From Pseudothermotoga sp. (GTDB lineage Bacteria; Thermotogota; Thermotogae; Thermotogales; DSM-5069), in assembly GCA_031962025.1 (NCBI GenBank), contig JAVRKW010000006.1: a DNA stretch of 44,266 nt, one strand, 5' to 3'. Below the pieces are notes generated by a model. The model saw nothing but the letters and a program-made list of their open reading frames with translations, did not search any database and had not been told where the DNA came from. The position numbers and the translations under genes were made by a program. Shown here one piece after another: positions 18,602 to 28,117 of the stretch; the stretch's first letter is position 1; the number at the start of each line of letters is the position of its first letter.

Positions 18602-19460
18602 GTTTTTTCCTCCGCGATAGCGTTATGTAAAAGATTGCCAAAAGAAAATTTATGAGTAAGATGATCGTTGATATTGCAGACCCATAGCCTATTTTGAAGT
18701 ATTTAAATGCATTTCTGTATATGTAGATTGGTAGAAGTTCTGTTTTAAAAGAAGGTCCTCCACCTGTTAAAAGATAAGGCGTGAAAACATTAAAAGTCCA
18801 GAGTGTTATTAAAATAAAATCCGTAAAGATGTATCCTTTTATGTTAGGCAAAATTATGTCTTTGAATTTTCTATAGAATGATGTCCCTATTATGTCAGCT
18901 GTCTCAAGATAGGAAGGTGGAATAGTTTCAAGGGCTGCAGAAAACAGCAGCATAGAATAGGCAGTTCCCCTCCAGGTGTTGAATAAAATGATAGTCAAAA
19001 TAGGATGATTGTAGAACCAGTTGACTTTTTCAAAACCCAACTTCGATAATAGTACATTCAAAGTTCCAAAATCTTTGTCCAAAAATGCAATCCACAGATA
19101 AGCGACAACTACTTCTGGAATGATCCAGGCAAGTATAATTATTGATTGAACAAGTGTTTTCAACTTGCGGCTTTTTCTGTACGTCAGCATGGCTAAAGTC
19201 ATTCCCAATCCGGCTTGTCCAATTATTGCTGAACCGAAAACGAATAGGAGGCTTACCTTCAAAGCATTGTAGAAAAAACGGTCAGAAAAAACCCTGAAGA
19301 AGTTTTCGAGTCCTACAAAGTCAGGCTCTCTTGCTTTGACACCAGTCAATGTTTCATTTGTCATCCCAAGTTTCAAAACCCAAATGGCTGGAAATATGAG
19401 AAAAATGGATATGAGGATTAAAGCTGGAACCAGTAGAAACACAACGGCTCTTTTACCCAT
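18576..19460 (-). CDS. Carbohydrate ABC transporter permease (MalF-like)
   Basis: FVGLENF, IPPSYLETADIIG, TGGGP; likely ATG 19460. Confidence 0.92.
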   Translation of the reverse strand: MGKRAVVFLLVPALILISIFLIFPAIWVLKLGMTNETLTGVKAREPDFVGLENFFRVFSDRFFYNALKVSLLFVFGSAIIGQAGLGMTLAMLTYRKSRKLKTLVQSIIILAWIIPEVVVAYLWIAFLDKDFGTLNVLLSKLGFEKVNWFYNHPILTIILFNTWRGTAYSMLLFSAALETIPPSYLETADIIGTSFYRKFKDIILPNIKGYIFTDFILITLWTFNVFTPYLLTGGGPSFKTELLPIYIYRNAFKYFKIGYGSAISTIILLINFLLAIFYITLSRRKKHEGSKRIK

Positions 19461-19522
19461 GAGATATCTTCTCTGCAAAATACCCACCGCCCAGAAAACG
19501 GGGGCAAGAATGCCCCCTACAT

Positions 19523-20848
19523 TCATGGCTTTTCGATGATGTTTTGTTTCCCAACTATGCGCGTAACTTCGGCTGCAAATTCTTTGAGGGCTTGTTCCAC
19601 TGTCATTTGCTTTGTGATAACTCTTTCGGTTAACAGCTGCGCCTGGAATGAAATTTCTGGGTAAACTGGGAACGCGGGCCTAAATGTGGTGTATTTTACC
19701 AATGCTCTGCTCGTTTCGGCTATGAATTTGTCTCTATTTACTGCCCAGCATGAATCGGCAAGATCAGATCTTGGAGAGACAAAAGGTTTGAGTGCAAAAT
19801 AACTGAGTTGTGGTTCGATATAAAGAATTCTCTTCAGAACCTCTGCTACAAGTTTTGGATTTTTCGTATTTGGATTCACAGCAAACCCCGTTCCACCGGA
19901 TATGGAAACGAATTCCGGATCACCGGGTTTGCCTCTACCAGGCATTGCAGCCCAGCCAATTCTCTCGTCTCTGTCAGGGAAACCCCACGATGGGTTGTTT
20001 GGATTGAGAACAGATGTGTACATCCAGGTTCCTTCGACATACATAGCAATCTTTTCCTGCCTGAACAGATCAAATGTTTTTTCGCGAGCACCAGGTGATA
20101 CTTGAAGTTCGGCGTCGCCCAGTTTTTCGTCAACGTATATCTGCTTGTAGAAATTCAGCGTGTCTCTCAATGCACTACTGTTTACAATCCATTTTCCGGT
20201 TTCCCAATCGTAAAGATTTCCGCCAGCTCCAAGTAAAACCATGAAAAATCCCTGCATGGTCGTTGCTTCTCCCATTTCTGTACCTGCGTTGATCTGCAGT
20301 GGTATTACACCGGGAAGTTTTTCTTTGATTATTCTCGCAGTTTTGATAATATCTTCCCAGCTTTTCGGCTGCCATGGAATTGAGATTCCAGCTTTTTTGA
20401 AGAGTTCTTTGTTGTAGTAGATCATCCTTACATCTGTAGAGGCTGGTACAAGATATGTCTTTCCCTTGTAACTGCCCATGGCTTTCATAGAATCGTAATA
20501 ATATTTCCACGCTGGAATTGACTCGAGAATGTCATCAATAGGTCTTAAATATCCAGCCTCAACAAACTCTGGTACCCAGAAACCATCGATCCAAAGTATG
20601 TCTGCTCCTCCTCCACCTTTGATGTCGAGCACAATTCTGGCTTTGAAATCTTCATCTTTTATACCAGTTTGAATTAATTCAACCTGGATACCGAGTTCTT
20701 TTTCAATATCAGGGAGAAACTTCTCAAACCATTCAACAACCTGGGTGTTTTTTCCACCCTTGATAGCATTTGCGATGACAGTTATTTTCTCTGCAACCAC
20801 AAAGATAGTCAATGCAAATACAAGCAATAAACAGATCCACCTTTTCAT
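19523..20848 (-). CDS. Carbohydrate ABC transporter substrate-binding protein
   Basis: Signal peptide MKRWICLLLVFALTIFVVA; IYYNKELFKKAGI and PKSWED; ATG 20848 with GGAGGTG RBS. Confidence 0.92.
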   Translation of the reverse strand: MKRWICLLLVFALTIFVVAEKITVIANAIKGGKNTQVVEWFEKFLPDIEKELGIQVELIQTGIKDEDFKARIVLDIKGGGGADILWIDGFWVPEFVEAGYLRPIDDILESIPAWKYYYDSMKAMGSYKGKTYLVPASTDVRMIYYNKELFKKAGISIPWQPKSWEDIIKTARIIKEKLPGVIPLQINAGTEMGEATTMQGFFMVLLGAGGNLYDWETGKWIVNSSALRDTLNFYKQIYVDEKLGDAELQVSPGAREKTFDLFRQEKIAMYVEGTWMYTSVLNPNNPSWGFPDRDERIGWAAMPGRGKPGDPEFVSISGGTGFAVNPNTKNPKLVAEVLKRILYIEPQLSYFALKPFVSPRSDLADSCWAVNRDKFIAETSRALVKYTTFRPAFPVYPEISFQAQLLTERVITKQMTVEQALKEFAAEVTRIVGKQNIIEKP

Positions 20849-20874
20849 AAAAACACCTCCCCCTTGTAAAGTGT

Positions 20875-21924
20875 TTATTTGCAACCACAAGAATTTCTAA
20901 CGACGAGTTTTGTTGGAATGTAATGTATCTGCTTTTCAGTGCTATTCCAAGCCATCAAAGAGACAAGAGCGGCCGCTGCCTTCTCACCGATTTTCTCGGG
21001 ATATTGTCTGACAGTTGTGAGCCTTGGTTGAATGAATTCACTGAAAGGCCTGTCATCAAAACCAACGATAGCTATGTCTTCTGGTATTCTTATTTTATAC
21101 GCCTGCAGGTGCGAGATAATTTCTATGGCGAGCAAATCTGTACAGGCGAAAATTGCGTCGAATTTCCTAACAAGCTGATGCAATTCTTTTATTTGCGTTT
21201 TCTCTATTTGAATTAATTGAAGATTCCCTCCAAATTCATCGCAGGCTTTCTTAGCACCGTATAATCTTTCTCTAACGCTGCTGACTTTTGTGCTTTCCCA
21301 TGAGACAAAGGCTATTTTTTTATAACCATGAGTCTCTAACAGATGCCTTGTTATATCGTAAGCCCCTTTTTGATTGTCTGATTGAACGCTGTGGTATTCC
21401 AGACCCTCGATTGTCCTATCGACGAAAATCAGGGGTTTTTTCTGTTTCACCAAATCCAGCAATGTTTGGTCCGAAAGTGAACAAAGGTGTGGAAGGATTA
21501 TAAAGCCTGCTACCTGAAGTTGAATCAATCTATCGAGCTTTTCTTTCTCAGAGTTTTCATCGTTGTCAGAAAATTGAACTACAGGGTGAAAACCAAGCAC
21601 AGAAAGATATTCTTCCAAACCCCGGAGAATACCAACACTCAACACGTCAGAAGCCGTTGTTAGGAAGACTCCAACTAATTTTGAAGAAACCGCCTGTGCC
21701 TTTGGAGAAGGTTTTTGAACAAATGCACCTATACCCTGCAGTCTATAAATATAACCTTCGATAGCCAGTTCATCTATAGCTTTTCTGACGGTAATCCTGC
21801 TTACCTGAAATAAATCCATCAATTCTCTTTCTGAAGGTATACGGTCTTCTGGAAAAAGTTCACCTTTCTTGATTTTTGAGAGGATATATTCTTTTACAAC
21901 CGCATACATAGGTTTGTTTTTCAT
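20875..21924 (-). CDS. GntR-HTH / LacI sugar-binding hybrid regulator (AraR-type)
   Basis: IPSERELM..FQVSRITVRKA HTH; C-terminal IPEDIAIVGFDD and LTTVRQ. Confidence 0.93.
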   Translation of the reverse strand: MKNKPMYAVVKEYILSKIKKGELFPEDRIPSERELMDLFQVSRITVRKAIDELAIEGYIYRLQGIGAFVQKPSPKAQAVSSKLVGVFLTTASDVLSVGILRGLEEYLSVLGFHPVVQFSDNDENSEKEKLDRLIQLQVAGFIILPHLCSLSDQTLLDLVKQKKPLIFVDRTIEGLEYHSVQSDNQKGAYDITRHLLETHGYKKIAFVSWESTKVSSVRERLYGAKKACDEFGGNLQLIQIEKTQIKELHQLVRKFDAIFACTDLLAIEIISHLQAYKIRIPEDIAIVGFDDRPFSEFIQPRLTTVRQYPEKIGEKAAAALVSLMAWNSTEKQIHYIPTKLVVRNSCGCK

Positions 21925-21935
21925 TGTACGCCCCC

Positions 21936-21978
21936 ACTTGTCATTACATGTTATATCATATTATTTCAGTAGTGTCAA
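21936..21978 (-). promoter_or_regulatory. Sigma70 promoter with overlapping GntR-type operator candidate
   Basis: TTGACA-17 nt-TATAAC (21978-21950); imperfect palindrome ACTTGTcattACATGT (21936-21951) over the start site. Confidence 0.75.
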
Positions 21979-22123
21979 TACCATACTTAAAGATTTTCGC
22001 AAAAGGCGTGAGAATTGTCATTGTGGTGGTGTCTCATAAGATGATCAGTTTATTCTGTGATTCAAGGCTTTTGTTTCAGCGATTGATTTTTGTTAAAATC
22101 AAAAAGGATTTTGCTGTTGAAAG

Positions 22124-23296
22124 GTGGGATATGAATTGGATTGTGTCGATCGAATCAACACAAACTCTGTGAAGTATGATTTTATCATCAACAAATATGG
22201 TCAGGATGTGATTCCAGCTTGGATTGCAGATATGGATTTCAAAACAGCCCCACAGATACTCGAAGCGTTTTCAAAAAGAATTGAACATGGTGTCTTTGGG
22301 TACACCTTTCGCTGTGATGATTATTACGCAGCGATACAAAAGTGGTATGAAAGAAGGTACGATTGCGAAATTCAAAAAAACTGGATCGTAGATGGACCCG
22401 GTGTTGTCCCTATGATCGCAATTCTGGTCAATGTTCTCACACAGCCAGGTGATAAGATCATAATTCAACCGCCGGTTTACCCGCCGTTTTTTGCAGTTGT
22501 AAAGAAAAATGAAAGGACAATTCTTGAAAATCGGCTCAAAAGAATTGAAAATACCTATCGAATGGATTTTGAGAACTTGGAAAGAATAATTGATGAAAAG
22601 ACAAAACTCATCATCATCTCAAATCCACACAATCCTGTTGGCAGGGTATGGACCCAAAAAGAACTTGAAATGCTTTATTCTATAGCACTAAAACACAATC
22701 TGATCATCATCAGCGATGAAATACACGCCGATATAGTTTACAAACCTGCCAGGTTCACTTCATTGCTCAGAATAGGTCAAAAGAACGTAATAGTGCTCAA
22801 CTCAGCAGGGAAGACTTTTAACGTGCCGGGTTTGACAAATTCTTATGGAATAATACCGGATGAAAAATTGAGAAATTCTTACAAAAAAGCCATCGAGAGA
22901 TTGGAATTAACAACTGCAAATATCTTTGGTATAATCGCTCTTCATGTGGCTTATTCCCAAGCAGAGCAATGGTTGAATGAATTGATAGACTTTTTGCAGT
23001 CCAACAGAGATTATGTCTATGAATTTGTGAAAGAGAATATGCCTTTGATAGATCTCACACTTTCGGAGGGAACTTTCCTGATGTGGCTGGATTGTTCAAA
23101 GCTGAGATTGGAAAATCCTCAACAGTTTTTTCTCAAAAATGCCAGGGTTTATTTGAACGACGGTGCAGATTTCGGCGATCCAAACTCGGTGAGGTTGAAT
23201 ATTGCCTGCTCGCGAAAATCACTTGAGCAGATAATGCAAAGAATGAAACTGGCTTATGATTCGCTGGGCATGAAGAAGAATGTGTCTTTTGGCTGA
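22124..23296 (+). CDS. PatB/MalY-family PLP-dependent C-S lyase (cystathionine beta-lyase-like)
   Basis: WIADMDF, HGVFGY, SNPHNPVGRVW, SDEIHAD, SAGKTFN. Confidence 0.92.
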   Translation: MGYELDCVDRINTNSVKYDFIINKYGQDVIPAWIADMDFKTAPQILEAFSKRIEHGVFGYTFRCDDYYAAIQKWYERRYDCEIQKNWIVDGPGVVPMIAILVNVLTQPGDKIIIQPPVYPPFFAVVKKNERTILENRLKRIENTYRMDFENLERIIDEKTKLIIISNPHNPVGRVWTQKELEMLYSIALKHNLIIISDEIHADIVYKPARFTSLLRIGQKNVIVLNSAGKTFNVPGLTNSYGIIPDEKLRNSYKKAIERLELTTANIFGIIALHVAYSQAEQWLNELIDFLQSNRDYVYEFVKENMPLIDLTLSEGTFLMWLDCSKLRLENPQQFFLKNARVYLNDGADFGDPNSVRLNIACSRKSLEQIMQRMKLAYDSLGMKKNVSFG

Positions 23297-23419
23297 TTGC
23301 CTGTAACAATACAATGGCGAAGTCATTTTTTCTCTGTTTTTTTGAGTTTTGAGTTCAAAGCTGTGCTATCATGAAATCAACGCAGGCGGATGACCGCCAG
23401 AAGTTTAGGAGGAATCAGT

Positions 23420-23623
23420 ATGTTCAAAGGTACAGTTAAGTGGTTCGATTCAAAGAAAGGCTACGGTTTTATCACCAAGGAAGGTGGAGAGGACGTATTC
23501 GTACACTTCTCTGCGATTAAGAGCGATGGTTTTAAAACACTCAAAGAAGGTCAGAGAGTTCAGTTTGAAGTTCAGCAGGGAAGCAAAGGACCCCAAGCGG
23601 TTAACGTAGTTCCAATAAACTGA
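23420..23623 (+). CDS. Cold-shock protein
   Basis: [28 protein letters not shown] 23420 with AGGAGG RBS. Confidence 0.97.
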   Translation: MFKGTVKWFDSKKGYGFITKEGGEDVFVHFSAIKSDGFKTLKEGQRVQFEVQQGSKGPQAVNVVPIN

Positions 23624-23637
23624 ATCGAACAAAATTG

Positions 23638-23664
23638 AAACGGAGCCAGACGGCTCCGTTTTTT
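23638..23664. terminator. Bidirectional terminator between csp and argF
   Basis: AAACGGAGCC-agac-GGCTCCGTTT-TTT. Confidence 0.85.
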
Positions 23665-23665
23665 A

Positions 23666-24607
23666 TTACAACAGCGTGGCGATCATGAGTGCCTTTATCG
23701 TGTGTTTTCTATTTTCTGCCTCATCCCAGACACGGCTCTGTTTTCCTTCAATGACATCGAATGTGACTTCCTGACCCTTTACAGCGGGTAAGCAATGCAG
23801 AAAGATGGTTTCTTTTTTACCGGTTTTTTTCATCAGAGCTTCATTCACCTGATAAGGTCTGAGCAGTCTCTCGCGTTCCTGTTGTTTACTTTCCTCTCCC
23901 ATTGATGCCCAGACATCTGTGTAGATAACATCGGCACCTTCAACGGCTTTTTCTGGATCTTCTATTATCTCAATCTTTGCCTCTGTCTGCTGAGCAACGT
24001 CAAGGCAGGTTTTGAGAAGATTCTCTTCGGGTCTGAGTTCCTTTGGAGAGCAGATGACATAGTGCATTCCCATCTTTGCACAGCCTATCATCAGCGAGTT
24101 TGCCATGTTGTTTCTTCCGTCACCCATGAAAACCAGCTTGATATTTTTCAGTTTTCCAAAGGTTTCCTGAACTGTCATTAGATCTGCAAGGACCTGCGTT
24201 GGATGATACACATCGGTCAAACCATTGTAGACAGGAACACCAGAATATTTTGCCAGTGCCTCAACAGTCTCTTGCTTGTAACCGCGGAACATTATTGCAT
24301 CGACCATTCGTCCAAGTACCCTTGCTGTGTCTTCAATTGATTCTTTTGCTCCAAGTTGAATATCCTGGATAGACAGGAAAATTGGATGTCCACCTTCTTC
24401 TGCAAAAGCCGTTTCAAAGGCAAGTCTTGTTCTTGTAGAACGCTTTTCAAAAATCATCGCCAGTGTTTTACCCAGAAATCTTCTGTGAATGACTTTTGCC
24501 CTGCTTTCTCTTTTTACCTGTGCCGAAAGATCAAGCAGGAAACTGATCTCTTCTGGAGTGTACTCGAGCAGTGTTAACAGCGATCTTCCTGTCAAATTAA
24601 CCGCCAT
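23666..24607 (-). CDS. argF: Ornithine carbamoyltransferase
   Basis: STRTR, HPTQ, DVWASMG, HCLP. Confidence 0.96.
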   Translation of the reverse strand: MAVNLTGRSLLTLLEYTPEEISFLLDLSAQVKRESRAKVIHRRFLGKTLAMIFEKRSTRTRLAFETAFAEEGGHPIFLSIQDIQLGAKESIEDTARVLGRMVDAIMFRGYKQETVEALAKYSGVPVYNGLTDVYHPTQVLADLMTVQETFGKLKNIKLVFMGDGRNNMANSLMIGCAKMGMHYVICSPKELRPEENLLKTCLDVAQQTEAKIEIIEDPEKAVEGADVIYTDVWASMGEESKQQERERLLRPYQVNEALMKKTGKKETIFLHCLPAVKGQEVTFDVIEGKQSRVWDEAENRKHTIKALMIATLL

Positions 24608-24620
24608 GTTTTTACCTCCT

Positions 24621-25148
24621 TCACTCGTAAAATACCGCTATTTCATTCAATGGCTTTCTTGGACGGTCTTTTCTTGGTTCAGCTGCATATCCAAGGGGAA
24701 TCATCGCAACACACCTTTGACCGGCTGGTAGCTGAAGAATTTCTCCAGCCTTTTTTTCGTCGAATGCACCCACCCAGCAGGTATCAAGTCCAAAGTTTCT
24801 TGCAATGAGCATGATGTGAGTTATGAGCGCTGCGGTATCCTGAATGCAATAAAGGTTTCTACCTCTTTCACCATATCTGGTTGCACTCTCTTCGGGAACT
24901 GCTATTATGCAGATGACCCAGGGAGCTTCCAATAAAAATAACTGACCACCAGCGGCATCACACAGATGCTTTCTCAAGGTGGCATTGTGTACAGCGTGTA
25001 TTCTCCAAGGCTGCTTGTTGCCGGCACTTGGAGCGTTCAAAGCAAGCTGCAAAATTTGCATTACAATGTCCTTTGGTACATCGGTTGGTTCATAATGTCT
25101 TATACTCCTTCTTGTTTTGATTGCTTCGAGTAATTCCAATGGGATCAC
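24621..25148 (-). CDS. Nitroreductase family protein
   Basis: RRSIRHY, APSAGNKQPW, GLDTCWVGAF. Confidence 0.93.
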   Translation of the reverse strand: MIPLELLEAIKTRRSIRHYEPTDVPKDIVMQILQLALNAPSAGNKQPWRIHAVHNATLRKHLCDAAGGQLFLLEAPWVICIIAVPEESATRYGERGRNLYCIQDTAALITHIMLIARNFGLDTCWVGAFDEKKAGEILQLPAGQRCVAMIPLGYAAEPRKDRPRKPLNEIAVFYE

Positions 25149-25152
25149 CCCC

Positions 25153-26355
25153 TCAGATTTTTATTATCTCATCAACCCTTGGACCTGTTGATATGTAAGA
25201 GAATTTTACACCGATTTCTCTTTCAATTTTCACTGTGAATTTCTCGAATTCTTTTGAATGCAGAGATTTCCATCCGTCGAGCAATTCATATACCGGTTCA
25301 ACTTGATCTATGAGTTCAAGGTTGTCCAGCGCTTCAAAAATTTTGCCTTTGATTTTGTAGGCAACGCAAACTGGAATTTTCTCATAACCTGACAGAATAT
25401 CCGCTTTTGTCAGAATAAGTGAGGTACATCCACTGGATTCAACGGCATATCTGAGCAAAACAAGATCAAGCCAGCCGCATCTTCTTGGTCTGCCGGTTGT
25501 GGCACCGTATTCTCCACCGAGTTTACGGAGTCTTTCTCCTTCTTCACCTTTCAGTTCGGTGGGGAATGGTCCTTCACCCACCCTTGTGGTGTACGCCTTC
25601 ATAACGCCAAAAATCTGATCCAGTTTGATTGGATAGGCAAAGCCAGTTTGTACACCTGTACTTGAACAGTTTGTGGAGGTTACATACGGATATGTGCCCA
25701 CATCTACATCAAGCAGAACACCCTGAGTGCCTTCGAATAAAAGATCCTTCTCTTTTAGGTTTCTGACGGCTTTTGAACTATCAATCAGAAGATCCTCAAT
25801 GGAATAGTATTTTTTCATCAGTTCGTCCAGGGTCTTTTGCACATCGATTTTTATCTTCCATATACGCGATAATTCCTCTATGAAATCTCTTGTTCTGGAG
25901 ACATCTTTCAGATCCTGTATCCTCAAGCCACACCTGAGAGCCCGGTTTGCATACGACAAACCTATACCTCTTCTGGTTGTACCTATTGCAGTCAGGCGCG
26001 ATTTATCTATTTTTTCATCAAGCTCCCTGTAAATGGGAAGTACAATATGAGCCTGTCTGGAAATTCTGAGCAAAGATCTTGCGTATGGTAGAATATGATC
26101 AATCTGCTGGATTTCTTCAATCAACACATCGAAATCCACAACAACTCCCGGACCGATGTACATCATTTTCTGTTTTTTCAAATCGGCAGATGGTAGTAGA
26201 TGGTGTACTACTTTGAAATCTCCGTAATCTACAGTATGCCCTGCGTTACTCCCACCAGAATATCTGACCACACAATCGTAATTTCTTGAAAGATAAGTGA
26301 CGACCTTTCCTTTTCCTTCATCGCCCCATTGAAGTCCTATCACCGCTGTTTTCAC
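25153..26355 (-). CDS. purA: Adenylosuccinate synthetase
   Basis: QWGDEGKGK, GGSNAGHT, YPYVTS, TTGRPRRCGWLD. Confidence 0.97.
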   Translation of the reverse strand: MKTAVIGLQWGDEGKGKVVTYLSRNYDCVVRYSGGSNAGHTVDYGDFKVVHHLLPSADLKKQKMMYIGPGVVVDFDVLIEEIQQIDHILPYARSLLRISRQAHIVLPIYRELDEKIDKSRLTAIGTTRRGIGLSYANRALRCGLRIQDLKDVSRTRDFIEELSRIWKIKIDVQKTLDELMKKYYSIEDLLIDSSKAVRNLKEKDLLFEGTQGVLLDVDVGTYPYVTSTNCSSTGVQTGFAYPIKLDQIFGVMKAYTTRVGEGPFPTELKGEEGERLRKLGGEYGATTGRPRRCGWLDLVLLRYAVESSGCTSLILTKADILSGYEKIPVCVAYKIKGKIFEALDNLELIDQVEPVYELLDGWKSLHSKEFEKFTVKIEREIGVKFSYISTGPRVDEIIKI

Positions 26356-26387
26356 TGAATGTTTTCCTCCCTTCGGGCGTTGATTTT

Positions 26388-27680
26388 TTAGACATACTCC
26401 TGCTCAAATCTTTTGTAGATCTCATCGACATGTCTTGAGTAGTAATTTGGATCAAAGATCGACTCTATTTCTTCTTCTTTTAAAATTTTGAGATTGCTTT
26501 TTGCAAGATCTTTGAGATTTTCCTTTGTTTGCCAGCATTTGAGTGATAGAGACTGAACAAGATCGTATGCTTCATTTCTCGAAAGACCTTTGTTAATGAG
26601 TGCGAGCATCAATCTCTGAGAATATATCAACCCATTTGTTATGTTGATATTTCTCATCATGTTATCTTTGTACACGACGAGATTTTCGATCAGATACTTG
26701 GCTTTTACCAGCATATAATAAAGCGTTTGAGTTGCATCCGGCAAAATGTATCTTTCAGCCGATGAATGAGATATGTCTCTTTCGTGCCAGAGTATGTTGT
26801 TTTCAATCGCGGTGTTTACAAAAGATCTCATTATTCTGGACAGACCGCACAATCTCTCACAGAGAATTGGGTTTTGTTTGTGCGGCATGGCACTCGAGCC
26901 TTTTTGTCCTTCTTTGAATGGTTCCTGTGCTTCAAGCACTTCTGTTTTTTGCAGATGCCTTATTTCGGTTGCCATCCGTTCAATTCCACTGGCTATGAGT
27001 GCGAGTGTCATCACAAAAAATGCGTGATGATCTCTGTTGACAATTTGACTTGACACTGGTGTTGGTTTCAAACCGAGTTTTTCCAGCGCAGATTTTTCAA
27101 TCTCCGGTGGGACGTTTGCGTAATTGCCGACCGCACCGCTTATCTTACCAAAATTGATCTGTTCTTTTGCAAAAAGCAATCTTTCGTAGTTTCTCTTTGT
27201 CTCAGCATACCAGTTCAGCACTTTTAAACCAAAGGTGGTTGGTTCTGCGTGAACCCCGTGTGTCCTGCCTATTGTCAGGGTGTATTTGTGTTCTAAAGCC
27301 ATTTTCCACAGTGCTTTGAGCAATTCTTTCATCTGGTTCAGGAGAATTTCACAGGCTTTTGTGAGTGTTAAAGAAAGCGCTGTATCTATGACATCGGAAG
27401 AAGTCAATCCGTAGTGGAAAAACCGAGCTTCTTCTCCCATTTTACTTGTCGCCATCTTTACAAAAGCTATGACTTCGTGATCTGTTTGTCTTTCATATTC
27501 ATTGAAAAGTTTCAGGTCTATCACTGCGTTTTTTCTTGCCCGATCTGTGATTTTCGGTGGTATGATTCCAAATTCCTCGTAAGCCTGCATCACCGCCAGC
27601 TCAACTTCGAGCCATCTTTCAAGTGTTGTTCTTTGGTCCCATAGCTCTTTCATCGGTGAGAGGGCATACCTTTCCACCAC
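26388..27680 (-). CDS. purB: Adenylosuccinate lyase
   Basis: HYGLTSSD, GRTHGVHAEP, GSSAMPHK, WHERDISHSS. Confidence 0.97.
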   Translation of the reverse strand: MVERYALSPMKELWDQRTTLERWLEVELAVMQAYEEFGIIPPKITDRARKNAVIDLKLFNEYERQTDHEVIAFVKMATSKMGEEARFFHYGLTSSDVIDTALSLTLTKACEILLNQMKELLKALWKMALEHKYTLTIGRTHGVHAEPTTFGLKVLNWYAETKRNYERLLFAKEQINFGKISGAVGNYANVPPEIEKSALEKLGLKPTPVSSQIVNRDHHAFFVMTLALIASGIERMATEIRHLQKTEVLEAQEPFKEGQKGSSAMPHKQNPILCERLCGLSRIMRSFVNTAIENNILWHERDISHSSAERYILPDATQTLYYMLVKAKYLIENLVVYKDNMMRNINITNGLIYSQRLMLALINKGLSRNEAYDLVQSLSLKCWQTKENLKDLAKSNLKILKEEEIESIFDPNYYSRHVDEIYKRFEQEYV

Positions 27681-28113
27681 AAGACTTCCTCCTCTCGAAT
27701 AGATCTCTCAGACCTATCAGGGCAACTACCAGAAAAATCACCCATGATTTATTCTCCAGTTTTATTTTTGCAACCTCAAAAAGCCCCCAACCTGTAATGG
27801 CCCAGAATGCGATCCAGGCAGGATACCAGAGTTTTGTGGAATACGCTAAATCGTATAAAACACTTATAATCAGAGCAGTATAAAACGGTGTAATCTGTAT
27901 AGTTTCAATTCCTCTGAGTTTGGGCAGTATCATCACCGCGACTGTTAGGATCAAAGTGACGGTGTGCAGTATGTCTGTTTTTCTGAATTTTCTAATGGAA
28001 AAATAAACAGATGTTGGGATCGCAAAAGCCGAAAAGATCAAAATGTTCCGTGCGCTGAATTTCAACAGATAGAGTAAAATTACCGCAGCAAAGGAAAACA
28101 GCAATTTTGCCAT
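27619..28113 (-). CDS. Hypothetical membrane protein
   Basis: 164 aa, about 6 hydrophobic segments, fills the argS-purB gap in the operon. Confidence 0.7.
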   Translation of the reverse strand: MAKLLFSFAAVILLYLLKFSARNILIFSAFAIPTSVYFSIRKFRKTDILHTVTLILTVAVMILPKLRGIETIQITPFYTALIISVLYDLAYSTKLWYPAWIAFWAITGWGLFEVAKIKLENKSWVIFLVVALIGLRDLFERRKSCGGKVCPLTDERAMGPKNNT

Positions 28114-28117
28114 GATA

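Noticed and set aside
22121..22172. Possible frameshift at the patB start (AAGGTG RBS followed by an out-of-frame ATG)
   Set aside because: The in-frame GTG gives MGYELDCVDR, matching typical PatB N-termini; no need to invoke a frameshift
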